From positions 1 to 16,630 of the forward strand of contig JBDTZG010000090.1 in the NCBI GenBank assembly GCA_040005235.1: a DNA stretch of 16,630 nucleotides, given 5' to 3'. The translations under genes were made by a program, and so were the position numbers. Below the pieces are notes generated by a model that was not told the origin of the DNA, searched no databases, and saw only the letters and a program-made list of their open reading frames with translations. Shown here in pieces: positions 1 to 5,224 of the stretch (its first letter is position 1; every line of letters begins with the position of its first letter). The stretch comes from Acidobacteriota bacterium (lineage in GTDB: Bacteria > Acidobacteriota > Thermoanaerobaculia > Multivoradales > UBA5704).

Positions 1-1484
1 GCATCGTCGATTACAACGAGTGCTTCTTCCTGAACGTCACGCTGACCAACGGCGGCACGATCGCGGCGACCGGGATCAACGCCGTCCTCACCACGACCGA
101 GCCCCAGGTGCAGATCCTCCAGGGTTCCTCGGCCTATCCGGACATCGCGGGCTCCGGCGGAACGGGCACCAATGCGACGCCTTTCAAGGTCCGCACCTCG
201 CCTACTTATCCGGCCGGCAAACCGATGAACCTGGTGCTGAACCTGACCACCGCCCAGGGGCCGCTCTCGATTCCGTTCACGATCGTGACGGCGGGTGGCG
301 TTCCGTCCTCCCTCGCGGTGGCCGGGCCGGTGGCGATTCCCGACAACGACGGAATCGGCGTCGCGATCACGATTCCGGTCGCCAGTTTCTCGTCCGTCCT
401 CTCGAAGGTCGCGGTTCGGGTGCGAATCACCCACACCTTCGACGGCGACCTCGTCCTTCGCCTGCGCGGCCCGGACAATACGGTCGTGCTCCTCGCCTAT
501 CAGGTCGGCGGCGCCGGAGCGGGTTTTGGCACCGATTGCCCCGCGGACGGCAACGACACCACGTTCGACGACCAGGCGGCGACCTCGATCCTCACCGGCG
601 CGGCGCCCTACATCGGCTCGTTCCGGCCGCAGTCTCCGCTCTCGGCTTTCGCCGGCAAATCCGGGGCTCAGGTCAACGGCAACTGGACTCTCGAAGTCGC
701 CGACTTGGGAGCCGCCGACATCGGCAACATCGAATGCGTCGGCCTGTTGTTGAACGGCGCCGCAGCGGGTCCGGGCTGCAACGCCCTGCCGTCGGCGATC
801 CCGGGCGGTCCGTACTCCGTGGGCGAGGGCGGCACGACGAGCCTCTCCGGCAGCGGTACGGATCTCGACGCCCAACCGGTCACCTTCACTTGGGATCTCG
901 ACGGAGACGCGATCTTCGGCGAGACCGGTGCCGGTGCCACCCGGGGTAACGAAACCGGTCCTGCTCCGACATTCTCGGCGGCCGGGCTGGACGGACCTTC
1001 GATGTTCGTCGTGACCTTGCGGGCTTCCGACGGAATCGGTTCGACCGACGCTCCGGTTTCGATCGCGATCCAGAACGTCAATCCTTCGGTCGTCGCGGGC
1101 GGTCCCTACAGCGTGGTACTGAACGGCACGGTCGGTTTGCTGGCCATCGGTACCGACCCCGCGGGCGCCGGCGATCCCCTCACCTACGTCTGGGATCTCG
1201 ACGGAGACGCGATCTTCGGCGAGACCGGCGGTGCGGCAACCCGAGGCAACGAAGTCGGTGCCAACCCCACCTTCAACGCGATCGGATTGCCGAACGGTGC
1301 GGTGGTTCCGATCAGCGTCCAGGTGACGGACGGTGACGGCGGATCTGCTTCCGCCACCGGTACGGTGACCGTGCAAGGTACGGTGCTCGACATTCCCACC
1401 TTGTCGGGGGTCGGCATTGCAATCTTGGCGATGCTCCTTGCGGGGGTGGCGTTCGCCCTCTCCCGGAAGCGCCGGCAGGTCTGA
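1..1484 (+). CDS. 5'-truncated secreted/surface protein: proprotein-convertase P-domain, two PKD/Ig-like repeats, C-terminal IPTL-CTERM sorting signal
   Basis: The frame is open from base 3 (IVDYNECFFLNVTLTNGG...), so the true start lies upstream of the window and the track's start at 108 is internal. P-domain signature: IPDND...V.VRITHTFDGDL.L.L.GPD...GNWTLEV.D....D.G. Two repeats of GGPYSV...WDLDGDAIFGETG..ATRGNE.G..PTF. The protein ends DIPTLSGVGIAILAMLLAGVAFALSRKRRQV (IPTL motif, TM helix, basic tail). Confidence 0.85.
   Translation, partial: IVDYNECFFLNVTLTNGGTIAATGINAVLTTTEPQVQILQGSSAYPDIAGSGGTGTNATPFKVRTSPTYPAGKPMNLVLNLTTAQGPLSIPFTIVTAGGVPSSLAVAGPVAIPDNDGIGVAITIPVASFSSVLSKVAVRVRITHTFDGDLVLRLRGPDNTVVLLAYQVGGAGAGFGTDCPADGNDTTFDDQAATSILTGAAPYIGSFRPQSPLSAFAGKSGAQVNGNWTLEVADLGAADIGNIECVGLLLNGAAAGPGCNALPSAIPGGPYSVGEGGTTSLSGSGTDLDAQPVTFTWDLDGDAIFGETGAGATRGNETGPAPTFSAAGLDGPSMFVVTLRASDGIGSTDAPVSIAIQNVNPSVVAGGPYSVVLNGTVGLLAIGTDPAGAGDPLTYVWDLDGDAIFGETGGAATRGNEVGANPTFNAIGLPNGAVVPISVQVTDGDGGSASATGTVTVQGTVLDIPTLSGVGIAILAMLLAGVAFALSRKRRQV
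891..1228 (+). repeat. Intragenic direct repeat (two PKD-like modules, 300-nt period)
   Basis: The 38-mer TGGGATCTCGACGGAGACGCGATCTTCGGCGAGACCGG is identical at 891-928 and 1191-1228. The flanks diverge but the encoded protein stays similar. Confidence 0.9.
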
Positions 1485-1498
1485 GGCACTGTGAAATG

Positions 1499-1538
1499 AA
1501 AAACCCGGGCGGATGGCAACATCCGCCCGGGTTTTTTT
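1499..1538. terminator. Bidirectional intrinsic terminator
   Basis: AAAAA-CCCGGGCGGATG-GCAA-CATCCGCCCGGG-TTTTTTT: perfect 12-bp stem, GNRA-type loop, T7 tract on + and T5 tract on -. It lies between the convergent stops at 1484 and 1562. Confidence 0.93.
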
Positions 1539-1561
1539 GTGTCCTCCGAACTAGCCCCGAA

Positions 1562-2938
1562 CTACGCCCGAACGAACAGCGCCTCCCGGACCACGGCCCG
1601 TCGAAGCTCGTCGGTTCCTCCAAATCCGAGGTCGCGCGCCGCACGTTCCAGCGCGCCCGGATCGGCGGGCACGGGCCGGCCAAGACGCTCTTCGAAAAAC
1701 CACCGCCAGAGCTCGGATAGCGACAGTCCGGTATCGGCGATTCCGGGTTTGGCGAAACCGCGAGCGGCAAGTGCCCGGGCTTTCGCTTCGGCGCGCTCTG
1801 CCAGCGGCGCGTAGGCGTGGCGGATGCGAAGATCGTCGCGCAGGGCGCCATCGAGCATCGGTTCGAGCAGCGGCAAAATCCGCTCGATGCGTGCCTGGTC
1901 CGCCGCCAGGCGGGCGAGACCGGAGGCATCGAGACGCTGCTTGGCAAGGAACGCGGCGAATTGGGTTTCCTCGGTCAGGCCGTGATCCCGACGAAATCGC
2001 GCGACCGCCTGGTCCCGGGCGGACTCGTCGAGCTTGAGCCCGCCGCGATCGGCAAGGGCGAGCGCCAGAAGTCGCGCCTGTGCGACGGATTGGAGGGCGG
2101 CATAGGTCGAGAGCCCTCCGAGCCGCAGCTCGTCGAGCGGATCGATCTCGGCGCCATCGCCCGCAGCGAGCGCGGTCCGCTGGTCGGCGGCGATTCGGCC
2201 CGCCTCCCAGGCCTCCGTGTGCTGAAAGAAAAAAGTCGCTTCAAAACGCCCCGGATGCTCGTGCCGATTCGCCGCCATCCGCCGCAGCATCGCGAGCGCG
2301 TCCAACTTCTTTTGATCGACTCGACCGGTCGGAAGCCAATCCGAGAGAGCCTCCAGCTCGGAGCCGGGAAGCCCGGCGCGGCGGGCCTGTTCGAGCACCA
2401 AGGCCAGCCCGCGCTCCGGGTAGAGCAGCGCCTTGGCAATCGCGACCAGCGCGCCGCGGGTCGGCTCGGCGATCACTCCGGCCGCCTCCGCCGCGGCGAA
2501 CGTTGCCCGCAGGTTGACCATCGCTTCGGAACCCGCGGCATAACCGGTCGCGGCGGGACCGTGGAACACGGTGACCTCGTCGTCGTCGGTCAACTCGCCG
2601 CGTCCGAAGGCGGCGTAGATTTCGCCCACGCCCACCATGCCGAACGGCGAGCACTCGACGGCGCGCAACGCACCCAGCGAGGCGGCGCCGAAGACATGGA
2701 CCCCTTGGTCGAGCGCCCAGAGGATCTCCTTGTGCCAAACCGAGGCGAGGCGGTCGAAATAGCCGTCGATGACTCCGATGCCCCAAGGGCGTTCGCGAGC
2801 CGCGAGATACAGGTCGCCCTGTGCCACCGGCGGTCGCCACGATGCGTCGGCCAGCTCTGGAACCTCGCGTCGGCCTTCATGGGCGATGAGCGTCGGGCCG
2901 GAAAAGACGACGATCGTTCGTGAGAGGGAAGTGTTCAT
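1562..2938 (-). CDS. tfuA: TfuA-like protein (458 aa), partner of thioamide-forming YcaO, with a ~195-aa helical C-terminal extension
   Basis: Start reassigned to ATG 2938 (SD GAGGAGGGG; ATGA overlap with the ycaO stop). TfuA motifs: VFSGPTL, PPVAQGDL, IGVIDGYF..SVWHKEILWAL, VFGAASLGALRAVE, GMVGVGEIY, DDDEV.V.H, SEAMVNLR, YPER. Confidence 0.92.
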   Translation of the reverse strand: MNTSLSRTIVVFSGPTLIAHEGRREVPELADASWRPPVAQGDLYLAARERPWGIGVIDGYFDRLASVWHKEILWALDQGVHVFGAASLGALRAVECSPFGMVGVGEIYAAFGRGELTDDDEVTVFHGPAATGYAAGSEAMVNLRATFAAAEAAGVIAEPTRGALVAIAKALLYPERGLALVLEQARRAGLPGSELEALSDWLPTGRVDQKKLDALAMLRRMAANRHEHPGRFEATFFFQHTEAWEAGRIAADQRTALAAGDGAEIDPLDELRLGGLSTYAALQSVAQARLLALALADRGGLKLDESARDQAVARFRRDHGLTEETQFAAFLAKQRLDASGLARLAADQARIERILPLLEPMLDGALRDDLRIRHAYAPLAERAEAKARALAARGFAKPGIADTGLSLSELWRWFFEERLGRPVPADPGALERAARDLGFGGTDELRRAVVREALFVRA

Positions 2939-4182
2939 CTCCCCTCCTCGGTTTTTGTCGCGGCATTTGCAGCCGCCGCGCGAGCTCGCGCGCCGGGAAA
3001 CCAACCGGGGATGTCGCGAGAGGTCTCCAAGCCCGGCACCACGATCCGAACGACCGGCAGATCGAGGCCTGGATGCGTCAGGTCGACGGCGATCACCTCG
3101 GGAAAGCCGGCATCCCTCAGTCGGCTGAGGAGCGCCGAGAGATCCTCTTCGAACGTCTCGGCGGCGAAATCCGGCGCGGCGTGATAGTCGCCAACCGGGG
3201 TCGCAAGAAGGACGCTCCGGCGCAACCGGTCGAGAGCGTCGGCGTCGCGCCACGCCTCGTACTTGCGCAGCGGCATGTCGTCCCGCGCTCCGGCGATCGT
3301 CGTGAGACGGCTTTGGGCCGCTTCGGTCAACGCCCGCAACAGGGCGACTCCCCGGCTCGGATGGCATCCCATCCCGCCGCCGGCGCCGCGAACTTGAAAC
3401 GGATCGGCCTCGCGGTCGAGCACCAGGGCGCGAAACGTCGGCACCCGCAGATCGGAGGTGATGTCCCACACGGCGACCGCCACCCCGGCCCGGGCGTAGA
3501 GATCGAGGACCTGGCGGCAGAGCGGATCGTCGATCGTGTCCAGGTCCACACGCGCTTCGTCCTCCGCCGCTTCGCCGCTCAGCTCGGAAAGGGTGTTGGC
3601 ATCCCGTTCGATCACCTCGCACAAGCCGTGACCGATCGCTTCGAGCGCGTGGTTGCCGGAGGCGAGGCCGTTCGACGAGAAGGCGAAGCAGCCGCTGCCG
3701 GGAGGCATCGGCCGGGTAGTGTCCATGTGGACCAGCTCGTAGGGAAGGAGGACCGGCTCACCGGTCGGCAGGTCGACTCCCTCGATCCAGAGTGTCTTCA
3801 GCTCATCGTGAAAGATTCCGGCGGTGGTGCGCGGCAGGCCGTCGAGGTTCGCGACCCGATGGGAAAAACGCAGCTGGTTATGGGTCGCCAGGCGGACCGG
3901 ACGATCGATCCGCTCGGCGTGCCAAAGCTCGATCGCCTCCATCAGGCCGGAAGCGCGAGCGGCGGCGAGATCGAGCCCTTTGCCCTGCGAGACCGCGAGA
4001 GATCGCGAATTCGGCCGGCAGACCATCACGACCGGCAGGCCGATGACGTCGAGACCGGTGACGTTGGCGACCCGGGTGATGCCGAAGATCGGCGCGAGCC
4101 CAGAGATCCGCTCGACCGTCGCTTGCGGATCGATCGTGCGGTGGGTCCCGCGCCGGAAGGATTTGAGGGTTGCTCCACTCAC
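2935..4182 (-). CDS. ycaO: YcaO-family ATP-dependent backbone-activating enzyme, TfuA-associated (thioamide-forming) type, 415 aa
   Basis: Motifs GTHRT..P..T, GITRVANVTGLD.IG.PV, SQGKG, SGLMEAIE.WHAE, the ATP/Mg-binding SSNGLASGN...EA..HGLCEVIERD, GMGCHP, ALLRALTEAAQSR...IAGARDD and C-terminal VVRIVVPGLE. There is no PxPxP azoline-type tail. GTG start without a clear SD. Confidence 0.95.
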   Translation of the reverse strand: MSGATLKSFRRGTHRTIDPQATVERISGLAPIFGITRVANVTGLDVIGLPVVMVCRPNSRSLAVSQGKGLDLAAARASGLMEAIELWHAERIDRPVRLATHNQLRFSHRVANLDGLPRTTAGIFHDELKTLWIEGVDLPTGEPVLLPYELVHMDTTRPMPPGSGCFAFSSNGLASGNHALEAIGHGLCEVIERDANTLSELSGEAAEDEARVDLDTIDDPLCRQVLDLYARAGVAVAVWDITSDLRVPTFRALVLDREADPFQVRGAGGGMGCHPSRGVALLRALTEAAQSRLTTIAGARDDMPLRKYEAWRDADALDRLRRSVLLATPVGDYHAAPDFAAETFEEDLSALLSRLRDAGFPEVIAVDLTHPGLDLPVVRIVVPGLETSRDIPGWFPGARARAAAANAATKTEEGR

Positions 4183-4227
4183 AGACGAATCATCACACGC
4201 CTGGAGGAAGCGACCCGCCGTCCCGGT

Positions 4228-4467
4228 CTACAGTTCCGGCAAATTGACCAGAGTACCCATGATGATCGCGGCGACCGCGCCGGCAGTCCTGGCTCTCTCC
4301 TCGGTCTCCCTGGTGATCTTGCCGACGACCGCTCCGGAAGCCGCCTTCTCTCTGGCGGCCACAGCGGTCCGATCACCAGCCTTTAGCTTCTCGATCTTGC
4401 CGGCCCCGCCGAGAGTAACCTTGTACACCACGCCTGAGTCGGTAACTACGATGAGCCTGTCGGCCAT
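4228..4467 (-). CDS. Small protein A3 (79 aa), putative YcaO/TfuA substrate or RiPP precursor
   Basis: ATG 4467 is preceded by GAGAGGGATTTAAA (the track start at 4584 is too long). Sequence: MADRLIVVTDSGVVYKVTLGGAGKIEKLKAGDRTAVAAREKAASGAVVGKITRETEERARTAGAVAAIIMGTLVNLPEL. Clear paralogue of the two upstream genes. The gene itself is well supported; the substrate role is inference. Confidence 0.85.
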   Translation of the reverse strand: MADRLIVVTDSGVVYKVTLGGAGKIEKLKAGDRTAVAAREKAASGAVVGKITRETEERARTAGAVAAIIMGTLVNLPEL

Positions 4468-4514
4468 TTTAAATCCCTCTCGGATCAAGTCCTGGTGCGT
4501 GCGCCGTTCGACTT

Positions 4515-4760
4515 CTAACCATCGAGCAAAGGCACCTTGACGAAGGTGCCCATGATCACCTTGGCGGTCGAGATCGTGGCGCAATTTTCGCCGGCATCCA
4601 TCAACTTTTGTACGGCGGCGACCGTACCGGCAACCGTCGTCGGTGAAATCGATTCGCCCGCGGTCGCACCCTGCGGCACCAACTCCACGACCTCACCGGG
4701 ATCCCCTAGGGTGATGCGATAAACCCTGCCGTCGTCGCCGACGATTACGATGGTGGACAT
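4515..4760 (-). CDS. Small protein A2 (81 aa), putative YcaO/TfuA substrate or RiPP precursor
   Basis: ATG 4760 is preceded by AGGAGGGTTTTGAA. Sequence: MSTIVIVGDDGRVYRITLGDPGEVVELVPQGATAGESISPTTVAGTVAAVQKLMDAGENCATISTAKVIMGTFVKVPLLDG. Shares the N- and C-terminal motifs with A1 and A3. Confidence 0.85.
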   Translation of the reverse strand: MSTIVIVGDDGRVYRITLGDPGEVVELVPQGATAGESISPTTVAGTVAAVQKLMDAGENCATISTAKVIMGTFVKVPLLDG

Positions 4761-4801
4761 TTCAAAACCCTCCTGGTTCGATTCCCTGCGAGTCTCGACG
4801 A

Positions 4802-5068
4802 TCAATACTTGGTGGTTCCGCCGTCGCCGATCAATGGCAAATTGACGAACGTGCCCATGATTGCGAACGCCTTCTCTCCTGACGCAGCGGCTGCCTTTTG
4901 CTCGCTCTCCGGATGGACGTCGGCGATCAACACCCCTTCGGCAGCCTTTCTCTTGGCGGCGATGGCGTTAGGATCGGTATCCGGAAGCTCGGTAGATGCA
5001 CTCGGATTTCCCAGCGTGACCTGGTACACCTTGCCGGATTCACTGACGATGAAGAGTGTGTCGGCCAT
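4802..5068 (-). CDS. Small protein A1 (88 aa), putative YcaO/TfuA substrate or RiPP precursor
   Basis: ATG 5068 is preceded by GGGAGGGCTTTTGAG. Sequence: MADTLFIVSESGKVYQVTLGNPSASTELPDTDPNAIAAKRKAAEGVLIADVHPESEQKAAAASGEKAFAIMGTFVNLPLIGDGGTTKY. Confidence 0.87.
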   Translation of the reverse strand: MADTLFIVSESGKVYQVTLGNPSASTELPDTDPNAIAAKRKAAEGVLIADVHPESEQKAAAASGEKAFAIMGTFVNLPLIGDGGTTKY

Positions 5069-5129
5069 CTCAAAAGCCCTCCCGATCGACTTCTAGTAAG
5101 TACGTTCAAAGTGCGGCATAACTCACTCG

Positions 5130-5158
5130 ACGGTAGCACAGGCTTGGGTACGCCTCAA
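5130..5158 (-). promoter_or_regulatory. Putative sigma70 promoter for A1-A2-A3-ycaO-tfuA
   Basis: Minus strand TTGAGG (5158-5153), 17-nt spacer, TACCGT (5135-5130), with an extended -10 TGn. It lies about 60 nt upstream of the A1 ATG in the only sizeable intergenic gap. Confidence 0.5.
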
Positions 5159-5224
5159 GATCAACAGGCTCAATGCTTTCAATGGCATTTAGCCATGCGG
5201 CGATGCGACAAGATCCGACGCGGC

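Noticed and set aside
2939-3622. N-terminal extension of the 686-aa ORF (apparent long TfuA)
   Set aside because: It overlaps ycaO in another frame and has low-complexity Arg/Gly/Pro content. TfuA homology and a strong SD begin at ATG 2938.
4238-4861. 26-nt repeats as a CRISPR array or non-coding repeat
   Set aside because: The spacing is about 300 nt, the copies are imperfect, each encodes the IMGTxVxxP motif, and no cas genes are present.
1562-5068. Assignment to known RiPP classes (thioviridamide-like thioamitide, thiopeptide/LAP, lasso, bottromycin) or to MCR modification
   Set aside because: No C-terminal Cys, decarboxylase or lanthipeptide-type kinase/lyase genes; no Cys/Ser/Thr-rich core, E1-like partner, flavin dehydrogenase or PxPxP YcaO tail; no YxxP leader or lasso cyclase; no radical SAM; bacterial context without mcr genes.
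5112-5127. CRP-like site TGCGG-N6-TCACT near the A1 promoter, tempting given the adjacent cyclase
   Set aside because: It matches only 7/10 of TGTGA-N6-TCACA, which is not distinguishable from chance without conservation data.
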